DNA of 64,000 nucleotides. It comes from Tetramitus jugosus (Eukaryota > Protista > Heterolobosea). The notes under the pieces were generated by a model that had not been told where the DNA came from, made no database searches, and saw only the letters and a program-made list of their open reading frames with translations. Shown here piece by piece: positions 20,278 to 31,781 of this stretch. Every line of letters begins with the position of its first letter. Within the stretch, counting starts at the first letter, position 1. The position numbers and the translations under genes were made by a program. Location: NCBI GenBank assembly GCA_937625935.1, contig OW569383.1, forward strand, positions 1 through 64,000. The letters are read 5' to 3'.

Positions 20278-23200
20278 ATGCCAAAAAGCAGAAAATCACA
20301 TTCTCAAAAAACGAAAAATCACAAGATGGTAGCTCAGTCCACTCAATCCCAAAAACAGAATCCACGGAAGGGCATGTTCTTCCAGTGGTCTCTTGTTGTT
20401 GTTTCTGTTGTTCTTGTCGTTGTGCTAACACACAACAACAAGTCATGCTTCACTGAGTCAAAAATTGCATCGTCGTCTCTCTATATGTGGTCTTCTGCAT
20501 CTGGCAACAATGGTCATCATCCCTTGTCTTTTGATGTCACTGTTGGTGTCATGGAAAATGAATTGATCACTCAAGTAGCTGCCGGTGAGGGTCACACTGT
20601 TGCTCTGTCCAAGGATGGAAAAATTTTTACCTGGGGTGACAATTCTTATGGTCAATTGGGTGATCAATCATACAGGAATCGGAGACGACCCACGGGCGTT
20701 GCGTTGAGCAACCGTGATAAAAACACAAGGTTTATTCAGGTTGCTGCTGGCTTCTGGCACACTTTGGCACTGTCGAGCAATGGTGAGGTGTTCTCTTGGG
20801 GCTATAATCAACAAGGTCAGTTGGGTGATCGGTCATACTCGAATCGAAACTTTCCTCTTGTTGTGTCATTCGACGGGCAGCCACCATCAATCAAAGTGAC
20901 TCAAGTTTCAGCTGGTGGGACACATTCAATGGCTCTAACGAGCGATGGTCGTGTATTCTGTTGGGGTGGCGACATGCATGGACAGATTGGACAGAACTCA
21001 AACAATGGCTCCAACTTTGATACACCTGTTCGGGTGCTCACTGACCAAAAATTTGTTCAAATCTCTGCGGGTTCGGGGCACTCTGTTGCCTTGACAGTCG
21101 ACGGAATCGTATTGACTTGGGGAAATAATGAGAAGGGTCAGCTAGGGCGAGCCATCAATTCCAATCCTTTAGTTCCAAGCCCTATCAATTCGACTGGAGA
21201 ATTGAATGGTTCAATCATTGCTCAAATCTCAGCCGGTGACTCACACACAGTGTCTTTAACGAATGATGGTAGAATTTTTTCCTGGGGGTATAATAATAAT
21301 GGGCAATTGGGAAATGATGATCTTGCTTGGAGAATTCATGGTCCTGTGCAGGTTAATATGAAAGGAGCAGCCCGAGGGAAAACATTTGCCCATGTCAGTG
21401 CAGGTTTAGGATTTTCGTTATCAATCACGAACGAAGGCTCAATTTATTCTTGGGGTGTTAATAACCAAGGTCAACTTGGTTATGATCAAACTTACAAAAC
21501 GCAACTTTCTCCTGTAGCTGTATATACCAATGGAGATTTTAGTGGAAAGAGTGCTCTACAGATTTCAGCAGGCAAGGACCATTCTGTCGTGGTGGCTACT
21601 GATGGGAAAGTGTATTCATGGGGTAGCAATAATGCCGGAAAATTGGGCAGCGGTGATAATATTAAATCTAGGAACGTTCCAGGAAATGTGAATACAAAGG
21701 GAGTTCTTGAAACGCAAATCATTGCGCAAATTGTTGCCTCAGAACAACACACAGTCATTTTGACGAATAATAATGAGCTTTATGCTTGGGGCAGTAATGG
21801 GTGTGGGCAATTGGGCGATGGTAGCAACCTCGACAGAAATTTTGTTGTTTCTGTTGACATGAATGGAGCGTTACTAGGGAAAACAATATCACAAATTGGT
21901 GTTGGGCGAGACTTCTCCGTTGCATTAGACACAAATGGAAGAGTTTATACCTGGGGTTGTAACCACGTTGGTCAGCTTGGTGTTGGTACTTTGAGAGACT
22001 CATTAAATCCAATTCTGGTCAACATGGATGACGGCGTTATCATCAAGTCTGTTGCAGTTGGCATGTATCATACGGTCGTACTTGCTAGTAATGGCAAATT
22101 ATATTCGTGGGGTGCAAATAGCGAAGGGCAATTGGGTGATTGGACTACTGAAAAAAGACATTCACCTGCGCCAATCCAGTTAGCACCCGCGGGAATTACT
22201 CAAATCGTTGCAGGAGCCTGGCATACAATCGCACTAACTATTGATGGGGCCAGTTACGGTTGGGGTAGTAATTCTCATGGTGAGCTTAGTACAGAATTAA
22301 CGGGGAACTTACTCTATCCCAGACGTATGAATAACGGAAATGCACGAGTTACTATGATAGGAGCTTCAAAATCTCGAACAGTTATCTTAACGAATGATGG
22401 AGTTGTTCACATTAGAGGAGGCGAAGTTTCTCGTCATACTCAACATAGAGAATTAGTTAACGACGAAATAACACAGCTTGTAACAGGAAGTTTCTATACT
22501 GTCGCTGTGACAAATGATTCACGTGTGTTTGCTTGGGGTGAGGATTTTTACAATGTGAATCTTACCAATGTAGACTCAGATCAATCAATTTCGCAAGCAT
22601 ATGTTACTTCAATTGGAAACTGTGGTATTCTTGGAGTGACTTGTGAGAGTGGATATTTTGGACAGAGTTGTGGATCCTTCTATTGTCATAATGTAACCCA
22701 TAGTAGTAACAACGTTTGCTCAGGGAACGGAAATTGTGTAGCTCTGAACACATGTGAATGTCGAGAAGGATACAGTGGCGATGATTGCTCTATTCCTATA
22801 TGCTTCGGATATTCGAGTAGGAGCCATACCGTTTGTTCTTCGAAGGGAAAGTGTATAGCAACCAACAAATGCGTTTGTACACCTGGATATTATGGAGATA
22901 CATGCTCTATTAATCTTGATCTTCTGGCGTTGTTGTCACTTTTGATAATTCCTCTTGTGGTTCTTTTGGTGGTTCTAGTCCTATTGGCATCATTTATTAC
23001 AAGGAGAGTGAAACGAGATAAGAAGATTGAATCAGATCTGCGTGCATGTTTACTCGAAGAAATGTCCGATTTTGAGACAACTAATGATATGGCATTATTT
23101 ATTGATATGAAAGATATCAAATTGATCAATCGTATATCTGAAGGAGCAGCAGGAGTTGTATTCAAAGGAAAGTGGAAGACTAATTGGGTAGCTGTGAAGA

Positions 23201-24063
23201 AGATGAAAGTACCTGATGATGAATCATTTCTGAAAGAAATATCAGTTCTTCAGAGCTTGAGACATCCAAATATTCTTTATCTGTATGGATACTCCTCTAA
23301 TGATGCTGGAGATAAGTTTCTGATCACTGAATATGCAGCTCAAGGTAGTTTGGACAAGGTATTGTACGCAAAGGATTCTCTTCGAGACTTTAATAAGAAG
23401 ATTCATATTTTATGTCAAATAGCTGATACAATGAGCTATTTGCATGATAGAAATCCTAGAATTGTTCACAGAGACTTAAAACCTCAGAATGTGTTGATTG
23501 ATGAAAATGGAAACGTTCGTATTTGTGACTTTGGATTGAGCAAGACTGTTAATGCTGCATTTACTACTGGAGTTTCTTATGGAACAATTGGTATGTGAAC
23601 ACTTTGAAGAATTGTGTCATTAACTTCATGATTTTAACCATTATTCTCCGTTCTTCATCTACTTATAGAGTACTCTGCTCCTGAACTGTTGACACGGAAT
23701 GGACATGACGAAAAGTGCGATATTTACAGTTTTGGAATTATGATGCATGAGCTATTTGTTGTGGAGCATCCGTACTCTCGTGGACAAGACTCTCTGGCAA
23801 TTTTCTCTCTTGGCATTGAGATTGTCAATAATGGGTTGAGACCCTCCATTCCTTTTACAGTGTCAAAATCAGTGATTCACTCCTTGGACATGCCAGATGA
23901 AGACACTGTGAAGGAATTCTTTGCGCGAGGTAATAATAGTTGCACCAATTCTGCGAAAAGCTTAACTGCTCTCGTGCGGGCGTATTACACTTTGGCAACT
24001 AGATGCTGGGATACTAACCCTGCGAGAAGACCATCGTTTGAGGATATTGCAACAACTCTATAA
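20278..24063 (+). CDS. Receptor-like kinase: N-terminal hydrophobic helix, RCC1 repeats, EGF repeats, TM, TKL kinase; intron 23591-23668
   Basis: About 12 WG-N-GQLG RCC1 repeats, CSGNGNC EGF motifs, TM, GAAGVV/VAVK/HRDLKPQN/DFG; splicing restores GTIEYSAPE. Confidence 0.92.
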
Positions 24064-24291
24064 GGCTCATAATTGATTGGAATCCGTTCATGAAAGCTTT
24101 GCTGGCATGAATTTCAAACAACAGTCCGATTGGCTTTGTCTCATGTTGTGATCACAAATAGCAGCAGTATCTGTTGTATCCACAAATAGGGCGATCATCA
24201 TTTCGTTCTGATGTTGCGCTTAACAATTGAACAACAGCGGAACACTCTGGCAAACAGAACATCCATCAACGACACAAAAAATAGAGAAGCG

Positions 24292-25464
24292 ATGGGACAA
24301 GTAATATCACATCGCAAGAAGAAAGATTACAAGGCTTTTACTGAAGAAGAGGCAGCTGCCATTGTATCCAATTTTGAACAAACTAACTGCCAAATACCTG
24401 CCATGTTCTTCTCGTTATTGGCCTACGATTGGAGATTGTGTTTCTCCATGGTGGATCAAGAATTTTCAGAGGAGACCGGATATAAAATTTTGAAGGGATA
24501 TGGCCGATGGAAAGTGATTTCAGAATTTGTCAAAGATACCAAATTGGAAGTGATTAGAGCCATCGTATTGGTTTGCGAGGAGAGGCAGCAAATCATTGTG
24601 GCATTTAGAGGCACGAGCACTGCCTTTGATAGCAAGGAGCAAAAAACAATATCCATGAATGACTGGATTCACGGTAGTCTCCATGCACATCACACCCCAT
24701 GGAGAAATGGGTTGTCAAAAAAGTATGGCACGGTGCATCATGGATTTCTGAGACACTATCAAAGCATTGGACTTGATTTGATTATGAAATTGAGATCCAA
24801 ATGTACCAAGGGCTATACAGTTGTGTTCACTGGTCACTCACAAGGAGCTAGCTTAGCCTCATTGGCTGCTCTTGAATGTGCTGAGCTATGCCCCAAGTGC
24901 TTTGATCGCAGTAAGATATTCGTCATCACTTTCGGAGGTCCCAAACTGGGTAATTCTCTCTTTGTCCAACACTTTGAAAAGTTAGTGCCCGAGAGCCATG
25001 TGACTCATTATGTCACTTGTTATCCTTCTGTTGTTCCCTTTAAGGATGTAGTGACAACAGTACCTCCCAATGTGATGAAATTTAGGCAAGTGCCAGGCAA
25101 GAGATTCTATGTATTGGCCAACAAGAAACATTTGGGTGTTCCCACATATTCCTCTGAAGTGGTCGTACCAACTGGAAAATGGATCACCAATGTACCTGTT
25201 TGGCTTCACTTTCGAGAAATTTACATGTTTGGAGTGTTGGAAAATGCACTGAGTGATCACCCCTTCTCCGCCAAATATGATCGAAACAAGTTGAACTGCC
25301 AGAAACAGCATGAACATGTGGAACATGAATGTTCAGATAAAATGAAATGTTACAAGAGCACAGTGAGAAGAGAGAATCAGGCAAGAGAACAATATCAACA
25401 GAATACACAGTTGGAGGACAATTACAATCAGAATCCCACTGAACTCAATTTCCAGAAGTCATGA
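24292..25464 (+). CDS. Class 3 lipase
   Basis: IVAFRGT, VHHGF, TGHSQGAS nucleophile elbow, TFGGPKLGN, DVVTTVP; ATG 24292 gives MGQVIS (myristoylation consensus). Confidence 0.9.
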   Translation: MGQVISHRKKKDYKAFTEEEAAAIVSNFEQTNCQIPAMFFSLLAYDWRLCFSMVDQEFSEETGYKILKGYGRWKVISEFVKDTKLEVIRAIVLVCEERQQIIVAFRGTSTAFDSKEQKTISMNDWIHGSLHAHHTPWRNGLSKKYGTVHHGFLRHYQSIGLDLIMKLRSKCTKGYTVVFTGHSQGASLASLAALECAELCPKCFDRSKIFVITFGGPKLGNSLFVQHFEKLVPESHVTHYVTCYPSVVPFKDVVTTVPPNVMKFRQVPGKRFYVLANKKHLGVPTYSSEVVVPTGKWITNVPVWLHFREIYMFGVLENALSDHPFSAKYDRNKLNCQKQHEHVEHECSDKMKCYKSTVRRENQAREQYQQNTQLEDNYNQNPTELNFQKS

Positions 25465-25507
25465 GACAATTGAACTCTCTCAATAAAAAGTGAAAAAACA
25501 ACCCAAG

Positions 25508-26260
25508 ATGTTCCACTTGAATGATGTTCTCAATTCCAATCGATGGTCCATAAAGTCATGCCTTAGACTTGTGAACGACAAAGAACAACGATATCAAATC
25601 ATCTTTGTTGACGACAAAGGAGGGATGTTGTGTCTGTATCCCCGGGAGGAAACGGTTCCCGAGAATGTGAAACAAATAGCTGCGCCTTCTCCCAAAGTCT
25701 TTCGCGACCGTGTAACCGGAGTGGAAGCAAACAGTTGTTTCAATAAGGCTTGTACAATGGATGAATCTCAATATGAAGAAGCCATTGATGCCTACTCCAA
25801 GGCAATAGAGTTGGAGGATTCTGAATTTTCTTATGCTCTTTGGAATAGAGGGAACTTGTACGTGAGCCACGAGAAATGGGAAGAAGCAATCAACGACTTT
25901 TCTGCCATTATTGACTTGCATGCAAAGTACTTGAATGTGGATGTGAGTGAAGATGAGGCGTTCTTCAATCGAGGAATGGCTCTGTTGAAACTACAGAAAT
26001 TCGAAGAAGCTTTGAGTGATTTCTCACAGACAATTGAATTGAATCCAAACTGTTTCTTCAGTTACTATTATCGAGGAGCTACACTATTGGAACCTTTCCA
26101 AAGATATGAGGAGGCTGTTCAAGATTTTGTCAAATGTATTGAGTCTGGGATCAAAGAGGCTGAATTGTTTGAGAAGAGGGGAAAGGCGTTGACCCATTTG
26201 AAGAGATTTGAAGAAGCTGAAAAAGATTTTGAGATGGCACGTAGTCTGAAGCACCAATAA
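25508..26260 (+). CDS. TPR-repeat protein
   Basis: YEEAIDAYSKAIEL, AFFNRGMAL..EEALSDFSQTIELNP and further TPR consensus repeats. Confidence 0.9.
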   Translation: MFHLNDVLNSNRWSIKSCLRLVNDKEQRYQIIFVDDKGGMLCLYPREETVPENVKQIAAPSPKVFRDRVTGVEANSCFNKACTMDESQYEEAIDAYSKAIELEDSEFSYALWNRGNLYVSHEKWEEAINDFSAIIDLHAKYLNVDVSEDEAFFNRGMALLKLQKFEEALSDFSQTIELNPNCFFSYYYRGATLLEPFQRYEEAVQDFVKCIESGIKEAELFEKRGKALTHLKRFEEAEKDFEMARSLKHQ

Positions 26261-26281
26261 TTTTCACAGAGATTTGTTGAA

Positions 26282-28795
26282 TCATCCGATTGACTTTTTA
26301 CACTCATCGAATAGTTTCCGAGCAACAATATCCTCCTCATAACCAGATAAATAAACATTTAAAATCTCGAGTGCCTTTGCGTACTCCTTCACTCGATAGA
26401 GTCCATACGCTAGAGTGTAACTCTGCCATCTTGATGATTTTTCTTGCTCCTGCAACTCGTACATCCATTCGTCTTGCTTACTCTCAATCGGATCACCAAT
26501 TTCAAACACTGCCGAATCATCACTCTCGACTGAATCGATATGGAAAATAGGTCTGGTTTGATATACTGTGTCAATTCGTTCTGCAATCTTTCCTTGACAA
26601 AGGATATTGGTTCCCCACTCCTCATTGGATTTGGCTAAACCTTCAGCTTCATTTACAACGGAGCCAATAACTGAGAAATACTTCATCTTGTCGTAACCGA
26701 GATTCCCAAAGTAAGCTTGGCCACATGCAATTCCAATTTTGACACCAAGTAACGGCAGATTCTTTTGTGTCCATTGTTGACGAAGCATTTTCAGTTTTTG
26801 CTGACAGTTATGGGCTGTCCGACAAGCTTTCGCCATATGATCATCTTGAATAATTTGAGCATTCCAAACAACAACAATGTGGTCACAGTTAGCCTTAACA
26901 AACTGCCCGTTCGTAACACGAACAATGTTGTGGAACGCAGTCATGAAATCACTAGTTACCTTTGTGAGACTCGCTGGAGAATGTTCTTCCAATATCTTGA
27001 CATATGAATCCATATTGACTGATAGGACTGTGACAAAACTTTGCGAGAGACCTAAGTAGAAAGCACTCGATGCTGAACCTTGATTATACGAATCTTTCCT
27101 CCCTTTAGAACTTGACTTCATTGCTTGGCTAGATTCAGTTGCTTGTTTCTTGGAATTGGAGCGAATAGATGAAGACATGATACTCTTCACTTCTTCGTCC
27201 CTTCCTTGATTCTCCATGATGGCCTTCAATTCTTTCATTTCTCTATTCTCTTGTTCTATCATCACCAATATATGATCTGGAATGAAAGATCTGAATTGAA
27301 TGAGTCTCTTTGTCATTGAGTAGTACGATTGTTGTAGTCGTCGTACCTCCGAAAAATAAGAGGGATATGAGACGAGAGATTGTTGTACATCCTCAAGCTC
27401 CATGTTTTCAATCTTAATTGCTTGTTGAATGAGGTTTGACAATGGCTTCATCAAAGCCCCTGCAGATACCACTGAAATGAATGCTCCCACAATTAGAAAG
27501 AATACTGCCACACCAACCAGCACGCCAATACTTTGATTAAATTTCCGTGTAAAATTTGTGATTGGCATAGATTCGAACAACACCCAGTCGATTCCATACT
27601 CATCCGTAATTGTCTGTACGTTCAGGATAAATCTTCTACCATTGATTCGAATTTCATTGAATTCAGGTCTACTCCCCAGCTTCTCCCACGAGTATCCATA
27701 GATGCTCCATGCCTCTAATACCGTCGATTTTAGCAATAGATCACCACTCGTACTTCCATTCCTTCTTTCAACAACGCCTCCTGGATGCTCAAGATAAAGT
27801 TTTTCGTTCGGATGACTGCTAGCAACAAGATATCCAGTTTTCCTTTCCACCATGATAATTGTATTTTGCAAAAACAGCTGGGATCTCATATGCAAAAACT
27901 GTCCAACAGAATCAGTCGTACAATCACAACCAAAGTATCCAAGGAACTCATTTGTGTATGAATCTCGAAAAGGTGTGACAAACGAGATCCACAAGCCAGG
28001 AAAAGCAGCATTCGTGTAACTCGAGGACCAAGTTGATCCATTGTTATCTCGACTTGTTGTATACCATACCCCCTCCTCCCAGTCTATCTTAGACAACGAA
28101 ATATAATACACTGAAGTGGAATTAATGTCACCAGTTTCGAAATTATTGACCTTTCCATACCCTAGTTGGTACGGATTCTCGTATGAATTCCATCGATCGA
28201 TATCCAAATCGTTTGAAGCTCTTGAAAAACCAGCGATTGCTCCATTAGCAAGACCAATATAGGAACTTGATACAATATCGTTGGATCTCGTAAGGACATT
28301 GGTTTGATACACTGACCATGAGAAACGTAATGCGTCAGTCTCCTCTGATATGTTAAAATAACCTTGCCGCAAGATATCTGAAGCAGTAGTGGCCACGTTC
28401 GTCATACTCTTGAGAGCAAACTGAGTATGACTAACAAGCTCTTGAAATGAAGAACGACGGATTCGATCCGTACTCTCCTTTACCGTGCTCCAAAAGAACC
28501 CAAAACTGACCACTAGGCACAAGTAGTTAGGAATAAAATACAGTTCAGCAGGTGCATAATTCGTTTACTTACAAGCAACAATGATGATACTCATGAGTGT
28601 GAGACTAGTCATTAGTGATATCAAAATGGTCTGAAGACTCTTCACACATGATTCAACAACATTATGATAACTGTGAAAGTCATCAGTGCTTGACTTGGTG
28701 GCAGGATCAGCATCTAAAGCAGTACCTAGATTTTGTGTTTCTACGTCAGGGAGACTAACGTTAGGAACAACCTTGTTGTTGCTATTCAATCTCAT
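26282..28795 (-). CDS. Membrane class III adenylate/guanylate cyclase-like receptor (TM-Cache-TM-HAMP-cyclase); intron 28513-28572
   Basis: WY..WSSSY Cache motif, LMKPL..SEVRRL HAMP, VKIGIACG..GNLG..VIGSVVN cyclase; GTAAGT..CTAAC..TAG intron in frame. Confidence 0.85.
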
Positions 28796-28926
28796 TCTTA
28801 TGTTGTCGGTTGTTTTGTTGAAAGGACGTTTCACACTGTTTCATGTCCTGTAAATCGGTTTCATGCGGTTGATTCCGGGGAAATTTCATCCCGAGATCTG
28901 CGAACGCGCGAAAAAGAGAGGAGGCG

Positions 28927-31614
28927 CTAAATATGCTCTTGGATAATCTGCGGAGTTTCTCCTGGAGAGTGAACTAATTCACTTCTTATACGATCCATAT
29001 CAAACTGTTGGACCACTTCGTATGTTCGCTTCAGAGCGCCATTTAGTTGGGTTTTAACTCGTTGGGTGGCATGTTGGTTCTCCAGGAAGTCATTCAATTG
29101 ATTGTTCAACTTTGCGACACCAGAAGCAACATTCTCTTGAATTGCCTCCTCAATCTTTTTCCGTATCAACTTGGAGAAAATTTTTGAAAAAAAGTTCGCG
29201 AGGTGCTTATACCTTGCTTGCTTGATATCCAGAGCTAACTTGTTGATCGAACATTTCACATGATTCAGCTCCACCTTACTCGCTAAATTCTCAAATTTCA
29301 AGAAGGTCCACTCTAATATCATACTCATGCCTCTTCCACCAAGCGTTACATCTACAGTGCCGTATTCTTGAAATCGTGGAAATTTTTTGTGCTTTACCAG
29401 GAAAGTAATCCCATAAAATCCCATCCGAATATTGTCCAAACATAAGCTAAATTGATAATTAGAGGAGGATGGATCATTCTCAATAGGTCTGAAATTAACA
29501 TTGTTCTTGAAAGCTGTATGAAGATGATCTGGAAGCATATCACTTCCGGATAACACAACATTGGACACTGAATAGCTCCATTCTTTGTTTTCTCCTTCAA
29601 TCGAAGGCAAAGGAACTGTGTCCAACACTTGTTGAATCACAGGCAGCAATAACAACTTTGATTGTTCAATCGAATTTTGCATTATGAACACATCAGGTCT
29701 TCCAATATCATCACACACAAAATCTTTGAACAACTTATTCATTTGTTGCATACAATCCCTTTGATCCGAATCCCAAATAATGCTCCTCAAAATTTCTTCT
29801 CCAGTTGTTAACAGTTGATTTATGGCAGCTCGATATCGTTGTCTTGAGGTATCAAACAATATGTGGCCTCTTCGAACAAACTTTGTTGTTTGTGCTTGCA
29901 AATAAGCGTCTGAAACCTCTCCAGAATGTTCAATGCAAAAAATGGTGAACCCTCGTAAGTCTTGAAAGTACTGCAAGCATTCTGTGTCGTGCTCCACCAA
30001 CTGAAACAAACTCCAAAATGAATCTCTAAATAAATACACCTTCTCTATTCCACAATAGCTTCCAATAAGATCATATATTTCATTAGTCATCTTCTCAAAG
30101 TGTTGATTGTGTTGATGCATTTCTCGATATTCAATTTGAGAAATTCGAACGAATATAAAATCAACAATACTCATAATGTTGAACATCGATTGATTATACT
30201 CAGGATTCTTGGACAGGTGAAGTAATAAGCGCTGAAGTCTTTGCTCCAGTGACAGAATAAATGAAGCCTCATCCAAAGCTGGGTTAGGAATATTGGGATC
30301 AATTACTTTGCCTCCAACAGCATCTTTATCCCCATACTTGTATCCAACCTCGACTGTACGATACAACCGCTCTGCATTTTTCTCATCCATTCTACCTACC
30401 AATATACTCCGAACAATGGATATATAATTCATAATAAACTCTCGAAAACTGGAATTCTTCACCATAAAAACAATAACTTGTTTGACATTGGCAAACACAT
30501 CTCGCTTGTCGGTCACAGTCGCCCGCTCGTCATGCTCCTCTAAAGTTCCAATCTCAATGTTGGACTGGCGTTGATACATCACAGCCTCATGGAATATCTT
30601 TTGAATTTGTTCTTTTTGGTTCTTTGAGTGAATCAAGTGCTGAACGCTTGTGAGCAAGGCCTCAATATCACCTGCTAGTAGTTTGCCATGATCATCCAAC
30701 TGATTAGAGATATTACTTAATGTCATTCTTGTGTTTTGAATCGTGTTGTCAATGGTTTTGTTCGACGGCAAAAATCCCTTGTACAACGATGCAGCAAACT
30801 GAACTTGTGGTTGACTCGTGGAATAAGCAACATTGATCACATCGTTTTCATCTTGACGGATTGTAGCGACCACAATTTGTTCAGATTGTGCAATGGGTGG
30901 CAGCACATTTTGATTGTTCGCATCAACACTCTGACCATCCATCGTAGAGTAAGCATTCGTGTGAATAGCAGATACAGTTGTATTGGTCGTATACTGCTGG
31001 ACTGTTGGTGGATCATTTGTGAGAATATTACTCTCACTTGAATAATTCATCAAAGCTTGTCCATTGTTCACTATCGTTGCTGCACTATTTCCTCCATTTG
31101 TTGCATCACGAGAAAAGGTGGCATTATTTGGTGTTTCTTGCTGCTGCGGAACAATAGAAGAAACAACAAATGGTGATGATGCACGCACTGATGACGACAA
31201 TGACGAAGAATTCACGTACTCTTCCACAACAACATTGCCTTCTTCATTGTTGTTTATCAACAATCTATTTTCTCTACTGCCTCTCATTTCATCATTCAAT
31301 ATCCTTGTTGTTGTGAACGAATTTTGCTCCAGCAGTGGAGGAGTCATGCATGACCCAGAGGCATTCGTTTGAGTCGAATTGGTCAATGGAGTGATCGGTG
31401 AAAGAACAGACGACAACGACGACAACGACAATTGTAATGACTGGTTGGAAAATCGAGGATTATCATTCTCTTCAATGACAATATTGTCCATATGATGAGC
31501 AGGGTCATTCATGTTCACTTGGTCTTCTTCTTCTTCCTCACATGGCGAAGGCACTTGATCAAAGACTTGATCAAGCTGATTGGAAAATCGAACAGTATTC
31601 TGGTGACTACTCAT
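28927..31614 (-). CDS. Large helical protein with a C-terminal BPI/TULIP-like lipid-binding domain
   Basis: Low-complexity N-terminus, helical middle, VPLPSIEG..DMLPDH..VKCSINKL..LIRKKIEEAI C-terminal pattern. Confidence 0.65.
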   Translation of the reverse strand: MSSHQNTVRFSNQLDQVFDQVPSPCEEEEEDQVNMNDPAHHMDNIVIEENDNPRFSNQSLQLSLSSLSSVLSPITPLTNSTQTNASGSCMTPPLLEQNSFTTTRILNDEMRGSRENRLLINNNEEGNVVVEEYVNSSSLSSSVRASSPFVVSSIVPQQQETPNNATFSRDATNGGNSAATIVNNGQALMNYSSESNILTNDPPTVQQYTTNTTVSAIHTNAYSTMDGQSVDANNQNVLPPIAQSEQIVVATIRQDENDVINVAYSTSQPQVQFAASLYKGFLPSNKTIDNTIQNTRMTLSNISNQLDDHGKLLAGDIEALLTSVQHLIHSKNQKEQIQKIFHEAVMYQRQSNIEIGTLEEHDERATVTDKRDVFANVKQVIVFMVKNSSFREFIMNYISIVRSILVGRMDEKNAERLYRTVEVGYKYGDKDAVGGKVIDPNIPNPALDEASFILSLEQRLQRLLLHLSKNPEYNQSMFNIMSIVDFIFVRISQIEYREMHQHNQHFEKMTNEIYDLIGSYCGIEKVYLFRDSFWSLFQLVEHDTECLQYFQDLRGFTIFCIEHSGEVSDAYLQAQTTKFVRRGHILFDTSRQRYRAAINQLLTTGEEILRSIIWDSDQRDCMQQMNKLFKDFVCDDIGRPDVFIMQNSIEQSKLLLLPVIQQVLDTVPLPSIEGENKEWSYSVSNVVLSGSDMLPDHLHTAFKNNVNFRPIENDPSSSNYQFSLCLDNIRMGFYGITFLVKHKKFPRFQEYGTVDVTLGGRGMSMILEWTFLKFENLASKVELNHVKCSINKLALDIKQARYKHLANFFSKIFSKLIRKKIEEAIQENVASGVAKLNNQLNDFLENQHATQRVKTQLNGALKRTYEVVQQFDMDRIRSELVHSPGETPQIIQEHI

Positions 31615-31781
31615 TGTTGTTTGTATTCATGTGAAACTCTATTTTCCAAAACGGTTCCAATATTGGTTGGGCATAATGCTTTTCTTATTGTGTTCATTTG
31701 GGGAGTTGTTTTGATGAAGCACAAAAAATAATCACGTTTCATGATAAAAATACGCGACAGATTGGTTTATTGTTCCGCTCA

